Origin: Folioceros fuciformis
Taxonomy: Eukaryota
Direction of reading: 5' to 3'
Length of the DNA: 64,000 bases
Assembly (NCBI GenBank): GCA_049999805.1
Contig: JBNGIO010006109.1
Location: 1-64,000, forward strand
Under the pieces are notes generated by a model that had not been told where the DNA came from, did no database searches, and saw nothing but the letters and a program-made list of their open reading frames with translations. How positions within the stretch are numbered: position 1 is the stretch's first letter; every line of letters starts with the position of its first letter. Positions 49,565-62,722 of this stretch are shown here, one piece after another. The position numbers and the translations under genes were made by a program.

Positions 49565-51274
49565 TGTTGCCAGAATGGTTGATGCTAGGAGTCGACGTCG
49601 ACACCGGCGCTCGCCACAGCTTGGAGACGACTGTAGGAACTGCGAACGAAGCTGGGTTTTATACGAGTCAGCTGAAGAGGAAGGTGAGTCTTCTTTCACA
49701 CGGTGGCGGACTACAACTGGGTTCGCATTTCCTCACTTTCGGTAGCCTGCCTCTTGGCTGTTCCTCTTCTGCCGCTGTTTTCAGGGAAGGCCCTGTGAAA
49801 TTAGGTAGCAGTGGAGGCGCTATCCTTTCCTTGTTTGCAGGCTCAGAGGCAACACTCTCCTGACATTTTTGTGACCGGAGAGGTAGATAAGCGCTTGTGC
49901 AGCTTGAACCGGTCTTTGAAGTTGCATGCAGGCTATGATTTATACGTTCTGTTCTTCCAGGCTTCTCGTTTCCGATATGTTGAGACATCATGAAACTAGG
50001 GATTCCAATGCCAATTAGTCTTTGATCCGAGCAAGGGCAGAGCTTATAACGCCATGGAAGAGCAGAACTCCCACTCACGTTCAAAGCCCAGCTTCTGACT
50101 CTTCTGAAGTTGTCGTGACACAAATTCGTCGTCGGGGCTGACGACTGGAGCACAGGTCGGTATCGAGGACAGAAGCGTGATCCCTCTGCTTTCGGCTGTT
50201 GGCTGTAAAGGCAACTCGAGATCACGGAAAAGCAAACTAAACTGCCACACCGGCCAGCTTTCGAACGTCGCGGCAACTCCATGTGCTGGCGAAGCTAACG
50301 TTGTTGCGTTTTAGTTTCTTACGGACTGATGCGCTTCTCCTTGGCCGCGCTTGGCAGAAATCCAAGGCATCTCCTTGGGTCTCATCCTATCAAACTTCTC
50401 GCTTTCCTAGCTAGCTTTCCACAAATCTTTTGCAAGTAGCATACATACAGCTGGCAACCGATCGCTTCTGCTTAACCCCCGTCTCCATCCTATGCATGTA
50501 TCTCATGCTCGGCTCACACCTCACACTGGGAAAACCCTGTCATGTACATACATGTACGCCCTGCAATCTCACGGGGTCGCTCGACAGTTCACGTGGGCTT
50601 GCAGGACAGGATTTCCCGGGGCTCGAAAGAAGGAAGGACGCTAGCTGGCCTCAAAGCCAGGAACCTTTTCTCGCCATTTACATCAACCACTTTATCGACA
50701 ATAATGTGGTACTAACTTAGGGCCGGTGATGATTTGGGTGGACGCGGCTTCGGACTTGGCTCACATCATGGATCTCCAAGGCAAGGCTAGCGCAGCTGAT
50801 TATTTGGGCCTCTCGCTTGGCCGGGGGTTCTCGTGGCTTCAATTTTAATCTCTCAATTTTTATTTTTTTAAAGGTTCACGTTTCGGATATCTGGAAGGTT
50901 TCAGAAACCTTCCCGAATTTCTCGAGCAAGCGATGGGCCATGGATTTTTGATTTCAAAAAGCTGATGTACAGAGCTAGTCCTTCAAATTTTGGTAGATGA
51001 TTCTTCCTCAGGTAAACGAAATTCTCTCTTTTCCAATACTAGACATCACTCCGGCTTTGGTCACAGAGGAACAATTACATCAATACTAATCTACCGTCCA
51101 CGACGTACCGATCTTCCAAGATGCACGAGCCCTGGAGGCTGGGATCACTACACACACGTTCTCCCTCAAAGAGATGGTTCGGACAACGTTCTTATGCTGA
51201 AGGCCGACTAGCACGAGAGCTGCCCATGGTCAAATGAGTCTGCTGGTGACGGTTCCATACGAGGCACATTACTG

Positions 51275-54200
51275 TCACTTTTGCTGTAACATCTGTTTAT
51301 GCATTGCTTGATTCTTGGGATGCTTCTTCCGCAAAGACGAAAATTTCTGCACTCGTCCATTCAAGTCTGTCCACCAGCTTTGACCTGGCTGTTTGAATGC
51401 CCTGATTCTTTTTCTCCTCGCCTGTATCTCCAGTGCCCGCTCCCAGAGCTGAGCACTGGTGTATATATTTGACATCAGCGTATATGCGGCATCATCTTTC
51501 TCGTCTAAACTTACTGCTTGGTCGAATGCAAGGAGTCCCACCTCCACGTTGCTCCACTTTTGACAAGAACCCAGCAGACTGTGCCAAACTGCGGCGTTAG
51601 GTGGCACAGGCATTGTTTTTATCAAAGACTGTGCCTCATCTAGTCTACCTGCACGGCCCAGGAGATCCACCATGCATGTGTAGTGCTCCACCGTGGGGTC
51701 GATGGCGTAGTCACTGCTCATAGCCTGAAAACACTCTCGTCCCTCAGTCACTTGACCTGTATGACTACATACCACGAGTAAAGCTAGGAACGTGATGCCA
51801 ATTGGCTGTATGCCGTCCTGTCTCATTCTGTTGACCAAGTCGAAGACCTTGCTACTGTCTCCTTGGTGACTGTATCCTGCAATCAGTGCATTCCATGCAA
51901 CAGCGTTTCTGCTCGGCAGTGCATCGAAGACCTGCTGTGCATCGACCATGCTCCCACACTTTCCATACATATTTATCAGACTTCCGACCACAAATGCATC
52001 AGCTTGAAGCCCTTGTTCTTCGATCTGTACATGTAGCTGCCTCCCTACATGCAAAGCAGCCACATTGGCAGATGACTGCAGAAGAAGTACAAAGGTGATG
52101 GAATTGTCTATGGCAATGCCCTCTTCCCCCATCGCTCTGTAGAGACGAAGGGCTCCCTGGTCTATGCCCTGCTGGAAATACCCTGAAATTAGAGCAGTCC
52201 ATGTTACCACATCCTTCTGACTGAGCCCGTCAAACACTCTTTGCGCATCTTCCAAGCTGCCAATCTTGGCGTACATGTTCACCAAACTGCTGGCCACAAA
52301 CACATCAGATTGGTGTCCTTCATCTATAATTTGCTGATGAAGCCGCTTACCCATCGCTAAGGCTTTGGTGCCCATAGTTGAACACGCCTGAAGAAGGAAC
52401 ACGTACGTCATACCATTGGGTGCAACAGGGCCTTTGTTCTGCATAGCTAGGAACACATGAAGGGCCTCCTGGCCCATGCTCTGCTGAGAATACCCTGCAA
52501 TCATGGCATTCCACACGCCAACATCTTTGTGGCCGAGTTCATCAAACACTCTTTGAGCCTCGTCCAAGCTGCTGCACTTTGCATACATGCTTATCAAACT
52601 GCTGGCAGCAAACGTATCAGTTTCGTGTCCCCCTTCCTTCATTTGCGCATGAAGCAGATTCCCGATCTCCAAGGCTGGGGCGCCTACAATGGCACACGCC
52701 TGGAGGAGGTAGCCAAAAGTAGCCGAATTCGGCACACTGATATCTTCTTCTTGCATATCCCTGAAGAGGTCAAGGGCTTCCTGGCCCATTCCCTGCTGGG
52801 AATATTCTGCAATTAATGTAGTCCATGTCACCACGTCTCTTTGACCAAGTCCCTCAAACACTCTTCTAGCATCTTCCAAGCTGCCGCACTTAGCATACAT
52901 CTTCACCAAACTGCTGGCTACAAACAAATCAGCTTCATGTCCTCGTTCTCTGATTTGCATATGCAGCTCCTTTCCCGTCTCCAAAGCTGGGGAGCCCACA
53001 CTTGCACATGCCTGCAAGAGGCACACAAATGTCACGGGGTTAGGTACAGCAAGACCTTCTTCTTGCATAGAAGTGTACAGATGCAAGCTTTCCTGGCCCA
53101 TGCCCTGCTGGGAATACCCAGCGATTAGAGAAGTCCAGGTCACCACATCTTTTCGAACAAGCCCATCAAACACTGTCTGCGCATCCGCCAGGCTGCCACA
53201 CTTCGCATACATGTGTACCAAACTGTTGGCTACAAAGACCTCAGCCTCACGTCCTTGTTCCCTAATTTGCGCATGAAGATCCTTCCCCATGTCCAAAGCT
53301 TCAGTACCCACACTTGCAAATGCTTGCAGGAGGCTCACAAATGTCACAGAACTGTGGACAGAAATGCATTCTCCTTGCATAGAACTATAAAGTCGAAGGG
53401 CTTCCTGGCCCATATCCTGCTCAGCATATCCTGCAATTAGAGCAGTCCACGTCACTCCATCTTTTCGGCTAAGTCTGTCAAACACGTTTTGAGCATCTTC
53501 CAAACTACCACACTTTGCATACATGTTTACCAAAGTGTTGGCTACAAATGCATCAGCTTCAAGTCCTCGTTCTTTGATTTCTGTGTGAAACTGCTTCCCC
53601 TTCTCAAGCGCCGGGCCACCTACCATCGCACATGCCTGCAGGAGCCCCACAAATGTCACACAATCCGGTGTTGTGGTGCCTTCACCTTGCATTAAACTGT
53701 ACAGCTGAAGAGCTTCCTCACCCATAGCCTGCTGGGAATAGCCTGCTATCATGACATTCCACGTCACCACATCTTTCTCACAAAGCCCATCAAAAACTCT
53801 TTGAGCATCTTTCAAGCTGCCGCACTTCGCATACATGTTTACCAAACTGTTGGCTACAAACGCATCAGTTTGGCATACTTGTTCAGCAATTTGTGTGTGA
53901 AGCTGCTTCCCCTTTTCCAACGCTGCAGCGCCCAAACTCGCACATGCCTGCAGNNNNNNNNNNNNNNNNNNNNNNNNNNNNNNNNNNNNNNNNNNNNNNN
54001 NNNNNNNNNNNNNNNNNNNNNNNNNNNNNNNNNNNNNNNNNNNNNNNNNNNNNAACTCGCACATGCCTGCAGGACGGACACAAAAGTCACACAATCAGGT
54101 AAAGTAATGCCTTCATCTTCCATGAGACTAAAAAGATGAAGGGCCTCTTGACCCCTGCCTTGCTGGGCGAACCCGGCTATCATGGCGTTCCATGTCACCA

Positions 54201-55359
54201 CATCTTTTTGACCAAGTCCATCGAACACTCTTTGAGCTTCTTCCAAGCTGCCACACTTTGCATACATATTGACCAAACTGTTGGCCACAAACACATCAGC
54301 TTGACGTCCTTCTCGTCTAATCTGTGAATGAAGTTGCTTCCCCATGTCCAAACCGTGAGTGCCACCCACACACGCACATGCCTGCAGGAGGCACACATAT
54401 GTGACGGAATTGGGCACTGCGACGCCTTCCACTTGCATGCAGCTGTAGAGACGAAGCGCTTCCTGTCCCATGCCCTGCTGGGAGTACCCTGCAATCAGAG
54501 CAGTCCAGGTCACTACGTTTTTCTCACGAAGTTCGTCAAACACTTTTCGAGCTTCCTCCAAGCTGCCACACTTGGCATACATATCCACCAAGCAACTAGA
54601 AACGAACAAATCAGGCTCAACACCGCAAGCTAACACATCCGCGTGCAACTGCTGCCCGGTTTTCAAGTCCGATCCCCTCGCACAAGCCTGAAGTGCAGCC
54701 ACAAACACATATCCATCCGGCTTAACACCTGACCTACGCATCCGATGATAGAGTTGTATGGCCTGCTTGTCCTGCCCATGTTTAACAAGAGCAGAAATCA
54801 TGGCAGAGCACATGAAGGCATCTGGGTTAGCCACCATGGTGAAGACATCCACAGCATCTTGCAACCAACCATGAAACGCATACATCCGCAGGATGTGGCT
54901 GCACAGGAACGTGTCCAACTCGTACCCCGTCTCCACCGTCAAAGCATGGACGCGGCGACCCAAAACAAGATCCTTCTTTACCACACAGCTCTTGAGCACA
55001 GCGTACAAGAGATTTCTAGAAACACGCCAGTCCGTCTTCACCAGAACTCCCAGAGCCTCCACAGCCTCAGTGAGTTGCCCCTGTCGACACAGCTCGCTCA
55101 CGGCCTCAGCCGTAATGCCCCTTTCGCATCCTGCAGGCCTGCGAGGATGAGACTCGTCCCTGGAACTCCATGTGTAGTTGGTGCAAGACCCATCCATAGC
55201 CACCACACATCCTCGGGACCGGGCTGGGTAATTGGCGGGCTCTCTCCTTGGCAACCGCTGCGTCCATACAGTCAGGCGACTGGGAGCTTTTCCTGGAACC
55301 GCACCTTCTAAGACACCAATCTGCTGCTGCGCCAACCACGGGCCTTGGAATGACTCCAT
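51275..55359 (-). CDS. PLS-class PPR RNA-editing factor, E1-E2-E+ ending after a WW-type PG box; spans a 100-N gap
   Basis: Regular ~105-aa P-L-S triplets (LVNMYAKCGSLEDA, VVTWTALIAGY, FVCLLQACA); HYTCMVDLLGRAG; KQPGQSWWTD; no in-frame HxE/CxxC. Confidence 0.94.
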
Positions 55360-55949
55360 TGTTGCCAAAACAAAGAAAGCATTTCTTAATCCTTCGCCAG
55401 GAAGTCCGCTTCCCACGTAATTAACCTGTCCCTTGCGGCTCAGTCGTGAGGTTGTTCACCATCTCCTAAACGACGCTATGGAGCGGACGAAATTGCTGTT
55501 GTGGCAGCGAGACAATTGTGGAGATTGCGTCAACCTACTGCGACGCTCAGTTGGTGCACCGGATTGTGAAGATCGGGTAAAGCATATTGCGGGCTGGAGA
55601 AGCCATCCGCGAAGCAGGAGGTTTGACGTGGGACCCGCTGCAGCACGCTCCACGACCAGGCAGCCTCGCAGGGAAAATCTCACAGGATGGTGTGGGACAG
55701 TGCGGGTGTGAAGCATTGGTGGCTCCACGTCTGCGCCAAACACTTGGTGTTGCTGCCCTGCTGCCGGCGCGAATTGCATCGCAGCGATGGCCGGGCCGCC
55801 TGACGCTGTGGAGCACTGGAAGGAGGAGGAAGGCTCGAATTCCGTCCGGGCCGTGCCGGAACCTGGCTTGGCCTGTTGCTGCTGATTTGCGGCATTTTGG
55901 GTTGCGGCGATGGGAAATTAGAGATGCGAGTGCGGTGGTGCGGTCGGCG

Positions 55950-58900
55950 ATGGCGTCTTCTCTGCCCGCTGCCGCGCGGCTGCTGCGCGTGAAGTCCTGC
56001 CACGCCGAAGCTGGAGCGGGAGCATCTGCGTCGCACGTCTGTTGCAGGGGGAGCCCGTTCTCGTGCTTCCCCGCCGTCACGCTTCAGCCGGCACTGAGGC
56101 GTCAGCAGCAGCGGCTGGTGTGGCAGAGGAAAGGCATCGTCGCTGGCGCGCAGGCTGCGGAGGAGGCTGCCACGGGCTCCGTCAAGGGGAAGGTGAAGAA
56201 GACCTGGAGGCCGGCGCGGCAAAACGGAGACAAGAGGAAGAACGGGGGAGCATCCTCCCCGGCCGCAGCTAAGAATGAAGCCGGATCCATCGACAGCGCC
56301 AAGGATGTTCCAAGCACCAGCACCAGCAAGACAGATGTTCCAAGCACCAGCACCAGCAAGACAGACGTTCCAAGCACCAGCACCAGCAAGACAGACGTTC
56401 CAAGCACCAGCACCAGCAAGACCGATGTTCCAAGCATCAGCACCAGCAAGACCGAAATACCAAGCACCAGCACCAGTAAGACCGATGTTCCAAGCAACAG
56501 CAAGACCCTACCGGCGTCTAGCAACAATGGGGATCCGCTCGGGAGGAAGCAGCTGGGAAGGGATGTTGTGACATGGCTGGCGCAGGGCATGGGAGCCATG
56601 GCCGCAGACATCGCTGGTGCAGAAGTCCGCGGGGAAAAGGTAGGGTTTACCGACGAGGCTGATGCAGGCGTGAGCCTGGTGATCCTGGCGCAGCCATATC
56701 TGGGGGTGGCTGCCATGCCCATGGGCCATGAAGCTCTTTGCCTCAAAGTGAGCACGCACTATCCCACCTTGCTCGACCACCTCCAGCGAGAGCTACAGGC
56801 CGCGTTGCAGCGCCTCCAGGCCCAGGGTGTGGTGGAGAATTGGCAGCAAACAGCCGCGTGGGCCTTCCTCAAGAAGCTGCCGAGATCCGGTATGTAGTCT
56901 ATCCTTCTTTCTCGTCCTTCCCTGTGCCCATTCGCAAGCTCGGTGACACCTGAACTGGGATGTACTCGCTTTCCTTCAGGAGAACACCGAGAGAGCACGA
57001 GGAAGAGCCCCAATGGGCTCAATGGGGAGGGAGGGAAGCACCTCTCGCGGCCCCTGGGCCTGTCCCCGGAGCAGCTAGTGGAGACGCAAGCCAACATTGA
57101 CTCATTCGTGAAACGAGCTTTAGAGCTGCTGCGGATCGAGAGGGATGCGGAGTTGGAGGCAACGCAGGAGGCGCTGGACTCAGTTCCGCGGGCAGCAGAC
57201 CCCGAGCAAGTGAGGGAGGAACATGAGGAGAGGGAGCAGGAGCAAGAACGGCGGGATACCATCAGTGACGTCACCGCTGTGAGCTCCTCTACAGGGTTGG
57301 GTGGTGCGCACCTGGTGTCGTTCCGCGCGCAGCGCCAATACCTGCCGCAAAGCACCATCTCCCCAGGAGACATGGTGTGTGTTCGGATTCAGGACAAGAA
57401 TGGCGCGGCGGCGACGGAGTGCCTGCGCGGCTACATCTACAGCCTGAGCGACGACTACTCCAGCATCACCGTCTCCATTGACGCGCGGTACGGGGACCCT
57501 GTCTTTTCTCGCCTCTTCGGCCGCAGCATCCGCATCGACCGCATCAGCGAGCTTGCAGACGTCACCACTTACCAGCGCGAGTGCGACGCCCTGGACCGCC
57601 TTCAGAAGCAGGGGCTGCAGAAGCGCAACCCGAGCCAGGCAGTGGTGGCCACGCTCTTCGCGCCTGAGTCGGCTTTCCTGAGCGGGAGCTGCCCTCCGCC
57701 ATCGCCGCCGCCGCCGGGGAATCCTGAGGGCGCCTTCGACTCCTCGCAGTTGGAGGCTATGGAGCTTGGTCTAGACCGGCAAAGGCCGGTGGTGGTGATC
57801 CAGGGCCNNNNNNNNNNNNNNNNNNNNNNNNNNNNNNNNNNNNNNNNNNNNNNNNNNNNNNNNNNNNNNNNNNNNNNNNNNNNNNNNNNNNNNNNNNNNN
57901 NNNNNNNCCCGTACCGCGTCGCCCCGGCAGTTGTGGCCCGCTCACTTAGTTCCCTGGTGGAGGCGCGGATGCAGGCGTACCGGCAGGACCTGGCGCGGCG
58001 CCGCGCGGACCTGCGCACGGATCTGCGGCAGACGCTGGGGGACGACAATCTCGGCGCGGGCATCCGGCAGGTGCTGAAGCAGCTGGGGAAGGCGCAGAAG
58101 CACAAGGAGAAGCAGACGGTGTCGGAGACATTGGAGGCGGCGGACGTCGTTCTGAGCACCAACACAGGAGCCGCGGACCCGCTCCTGCTCAAGCTCCCGC
58201 CCTTCGACCTCGCCGTGGTGGACGAGGCGGGACAGGCGATTGAGCCGTCATCTTGGATCCCGGCAATACAGGCCCGCCGGCTGGTGCTGGCGGGGGACGT
58301 GAAGCAACTAGCGCCCTGCGTCATGTCGCGCTCCGCCATGGAGGGAGGGTTAGGAATCTCCCTCATGGAGCGCGCCGCGGCGCTTCGGGATGGCGCGCTG
58401 GAGACGACGCTGAGAACTCAGTACCGGATGCATGCCGCCATCGCGCATTGGGCCAGCCAGGAGATGTATCACGGGCAGCTGCAGACGGCGTTGGAGGTGG
58501 AGTCTCGCCTCCTCAGCGATCTCCCGGGGGTGAGCCCGACGCGCGCAACGTGCACGCCGATGCTGCTTCTCGACACCCGCTCCCCGCTCGGTAGCCTGAT
58601 GCCGGGCTGCCAGGAGCGGATCGACAACAACGGGACGGGATCGTACTACAACGAGGGGGAGGCGGACGTGGTGGCGGCTCACGTGGTGGCTCTCCTGGCT
58701 GCCGGCGTGCCTGGCCGACACGTGGCCGTGTTGTCGCCGTACCTGGCGCAGGTGCAGCTGCTGCAGGAGCGGCTGGAGGAGGTGCCAGCCGCCGCTGACG
58801 TGGAGGTGGCCAGCGTGGACAGCTTCCAGGGTCGTGAGGCTTCGGCCGTGGTCATCTCCATGGTCCGGTCCAACAGCCTTCAGGTGGTGGGATTCCTCGG

Positions 58901-59138
58901 GGATCAGAGACGGATGAACGTGGCCATCACGCGCGCAATGCGGCATGTGGCTGTGGTGTGCGACAGCGCGACCGTGGGTCGGAACGCGTTTCTCAAACGC
59001 TTGTTGCAGCACATTCGTATGTTCGGCGAGGTGCGCTCTGCTGCCGAGCAGCAACAGCAGAGTGTGGGATTGGGCTACCGGCCTTTGCTGTTGGAGATGC
59101 GGGCTTCGTCAAACTCCAGAACCAGCAATGTAACATAG
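55950..59138 (+). CDS. SF1 Upf1/SMUBP-2-like helicase (At5g35970-like, plastid-type); intron 56890-56979; motif I hidden in a gap
   Basis: GDPLGRKQLG, THYPTLLDHLQREL, VVDEAGQ, LAGDVKQL, TQYRM, NEGEA, SPYLAQV, SVDSFQGREA, RRMNVAITRA. Confidence 0.94.
56301..56506 (+). repeat. Coding 30-bp tandem repeat (DVPSTSTSKT, about 6.5 copies)
   Basis: GATGTTCCAAGCACCAGCACCAGCAAGACA units in frame. Confidence 0.95.
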
Positions 59139-59258
59139 TGTTTTGATTTGTGCTGCAACTCCTTTGTAAACATACAGTGGAAACTTCATTCATTATTCCG
59201 TGAAGCCTGGAACGAAGGGCCGGGCCTCTGTTGTACAGAAGTAAAATGGCTGTTGATT

Positions 59259-61092
59259 TCATTCCCCGCGCTTCTGAAGTTGAGGGATGTAGGCTGTCGA
59301 ATCTCCCACCCTCTCGATGCTCAGCCTGTTCAATCGGACCAGCAGGAGAACGCACTCTTTCGTCTTAACGCCTGTCACAGGCGGTCAGCACGTGAGCGAC
59401 CCACACACACATGGTAGGATGGAAGGAGGACGGCTGGTACATACCGAGATTCAGTAGGTCCAAGTCGGCTTGGTCTAAGGCCGGGCCGCCCACAGTAACC
59501 TCCTTGGCACGCATGACGTCGTTCAGCTTGACGATCGTTTCATTCAGATCCTGCCACACATCTCTTGGAGGTGAGGAAGAAGGAAGGAACAAACCCTCGT
59601 TTGTAGTGGGACATAAAGACTGATATCTACGTGCCTTGAGAGGAAACCGAGCCTTGAGAAAGGCAGGGGCCTTTTTAAACTCCTCATCGCTCACTTCCGC
59701 CAGCTCTCGAGGTGGGGCATTGCTTTCTTCGGATACTCCTTGTGCTGTTCGCAAGCACACTGTTTCAGCAAGTATGACTGTGTTGTCGGAAATATTATGA
59801 AAACAGACACTACTACTGCGAACAGGAACAGCTAGCGTCGGATGAAGGGTCTAGGGTTGGGACTCCCACCCGGAGGTGCAGCAGCCCAGTGTCTTGCTGT
59901 CTCCGCCTCCGACGCTTCATGTTGTTCTGCTAGCCTGCAACCCCAGGTCAATGACAGCAAACTGATCACGAACAACGACCCCATGACATAACAACCCGTG
60001 GTCTAACCGTGAAGGCCTCTGCCGCTGGATGTCGGTTGAACATTACCCTGCGTTACCCGCTTCTCCTCAGCAGTCTCTGAACATGCAGTGCTGTGAAACA
60101 TGAGATGAGTGCGCATTACAGCAACATATCCACTGTGCGTGGTGATGTAGAAGTAGGCACGAACCATGATCAGCAATAGTTGCCAAAGCCGCTGAAGACA
60201 GTCCCAAGTCTCGTAAGCTGAAGGACTCGGCAAATCTATCGTTAGTGAAGGAACTTCGGTCCCAGGCTGCACAAACCTCCTAAGCTTTCACTGATGAAGC
60301 ACCAACTTGCTGCACTGTTTGGATACATTCCGTCATCGTCGTCCAAAAAGTCATCCACCGACTTGCTGTCCGGAACCGCAGGTGATGGTTCATCTGACAC
60401 AGACATTGCGCTAAGTTTCCTCTGCACAGCATGGCAGTCCTTGGATGCACTTCTCTGCTCTGGCAGCTCTGCTCGGGGCCCTCCTGCTTCCAGATCAAGA
60501 TTCGGAGGAACATGAACGGAATCCTTCGGGTCCGCTGTAGACAGCATACACAAACTGGTGGTAAATTATGAGCACCAGCAATTCCCTTAAGCTCACCTAA
60601 GCCCATAGCACACAGTTAGCACGACCACACATCAGAGATGACGACACAAATTTACACCTGGAGTATAACCGTAGAGACCAAGCTGAACCTCCAAGGCAGC
60701 AATGGCATCCTCGTTCTGCTTATACACCTCCGTCCAGTGCCCAAACATCTCCTCAAGACTCACATTGTTCACTGTCATGGCCTCCAACGACTCCACCTGG
60801 CTCCCGATGGATGAAACTGCGTCGTTGAGGCTATCCACGAAGGCAGAGAAATTCCCACCTGCGACAGCAAGCCGTCAGAAACTGCGGGCACCCGTGGCCA
60901 CCGGTCTTCTGCTTCTGCGTTTTGCGGTAGCCACCGCCTCTCGCAGAATCAGGATTTCCGCTCAGACTTTCTACCTCCTCGGTAATCCGGCCTCTCCTCC
61001 ATAGACCGACGCAGGTTCGCGCAGTTGGAGTCCAGGCGTGAACAGAAGTGCTTGAAATGAGCACACCACGCCGACGCTACCTTCATCGCCAT
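59259..61092 (-). CDS. SKA3: Spindle and kinetochore-associated protein 3-like, multi-exon
   Basis: FCSRLDSNCANLRRS, LEAMTVNNVSLEEMFGH..EVYKQN, YGYTP, SLRDLGLS, VSDEEFKKAPAFLK, LLLVRLNRL match plant SKA3 as recalled. Confidence 0.82.
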
Positions 61093-61099
61093 GGCCAAC

Positions 61100-62345
61100 C
61101 CCGTTTCACGGTCGGGCGGGAGCATCGTCACTTTGGTGGGACAATTTCAAAGGGACTACACTCCAGCTTTTAAGGAATACCATAGGAAACACATCATAAC
61201 ACATTACCTGCTCTACGGTTCTAGGCTAATAAGCTCCGCTAGTTTATTTTGATAGGGCTCTTACTTCAAACAACGACAACTCAAGAACGAGAAGTTTCTT
61301 CGAAGCCGCTTCAACAGGCTTTTAAAAGCCTGGCACCTTCAGTGGTACGTAATCCTTTCGAACTACTAGTCCCCTAATCGTCAAGCAGCCTACAACATGA
61401 GACCACCCCACAAAATCTAGCAAGAACTAGCTGAGTTGAGGCACGGCTGGCTACAATGAGTGAGACATGCTAATCCAATTATATCATTGAAGAGAATGTA
61501 GGATTGTGGCAAGGCAAATCATGAAGAACGTGTTTCTTCATGGATGATTAGTTCAAAGTCTTAAAAGAGCATCCATCCTAACCCGTTGGAAAATTGGTAC
61601 TTGATGTTTATAAGACATTCAATACTTAAAGTGACAGCTTTTGGTGACTTTAAGTTTGACAGTTTAAGGATACCTTGTCATTAAGAGAATAATGGGATAA
61701 TCGAGATTTATTTCTGTAAGTAGATAGAAATTACTAATTAAATTCGCCGAGCGGTGGTATTAGCCAAGTCTTCCGTGCATTGTAGGAGTGGTCAGCGAAG
61801 GTCTCGGCCATAACCTTGGCTTTTATGCCAAGCAAGAAAGTGGCTGCCCAACAAAAAGGGTCATGAGGGGACAAAGACCGGGGTGGTTCAAAATTCAAGT
61901 GACCGTTTCACCAGATTTCCCTCGCCATTCAAATATTCACCCACCCAAGTAGCGCCCACCCGTGGTCCCAACAGCGAAACCCCAAACTATGGGGAAGCTA
62001 CAGTGTAGGCGCTTGAATTGATTCAAACTTGTGGAGGCAACCGCCCAGCCTAACTAACCGTTCAAACCTTGCCTCTGCTCAGACAGCGAGTTTGAGAACG
62101 TTTTGAACCAGGCGCTTGTGTGTGAGCAACCGGCAACAGGTGACTTCGTCCCACCGGTCGAGGCACTTGGTGTGGAAGGTGTAGGCCGGGGGCATCGGAG
62201 CTCGTTCAAATCCTCTCTTGTTGAGAGACCATGGGAGCGCCCACCCTTGGGGGTTTGAAAGGTGCGAGGGAGCTCCGTAGGCTTGGTAGTGAGATATAAT
62301 GTGGGTGCGCGCCGCGCAAGAAGATGAGCATGGAGGATTCAAAGT
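61100..62345. promoter_or_regulatory. Divergent promoter with clustered CHR (TTTGAA) and MSA-core (AACGG) motifs
   Basis: TTCAAA/TTTGAA at 61146, 61265, 61552, 61887, 61928, 62022, 62061, 62102, 62205, 62254, 62338; CCGTT at 61101, 61583, 61903, 62058. Confidence 0.6.
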
Positions 62346-62722
62346 CTGCTCTCGCGCATTCTGTCCTGGCTGTTCTTTCCGCCTCTTCTCCACCTCCTGC
62401 TCATCTCGATAGCCCTCCCCTCTGTATATAGAGGCGACTCAGTCTTGCTTTCTCGTGTACGCTCTTGCCTGGCCCCAATCGCAGCAGCCTTGCCCGTTTC
62501 TCTGCCCCCCAGCGTAGTGGTACCGAGTGTCCGCTTGAGCGGAATTCTGTGTCTCTGCTCTCTCGAGTCCGCGTTGCTCTCAGGAGCCGGGGGCGAGGGG
62601 TCTCCAATTTGATCGAATTTTTGGGGGAGTGAAGCAACAGGTGATTCCCAGCTGGTTTCTGGAGCAAGAAGCGCCAGGTGCGAGGGAAGTGAGTCTTCGG
62701 CAAGTTGTGTTAAGGAGGAAAG

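Noticed and set aside
53954..54053. Frameshift or two separate PPR genes
   Set aside because: The frame change coincides with a 100-N placeholder gap inside a repetitive array.
57808..57907. Helicase lacking Walker A
   Set aside because: Motif I would follow VVIQG exactly where the N gap lies.
57602..59054. Long antisense ORFs over the helicase (likewise over DOHH, MFL1, GLP)
   Set aside because: Expected shadows of GC-rich coding sequence.
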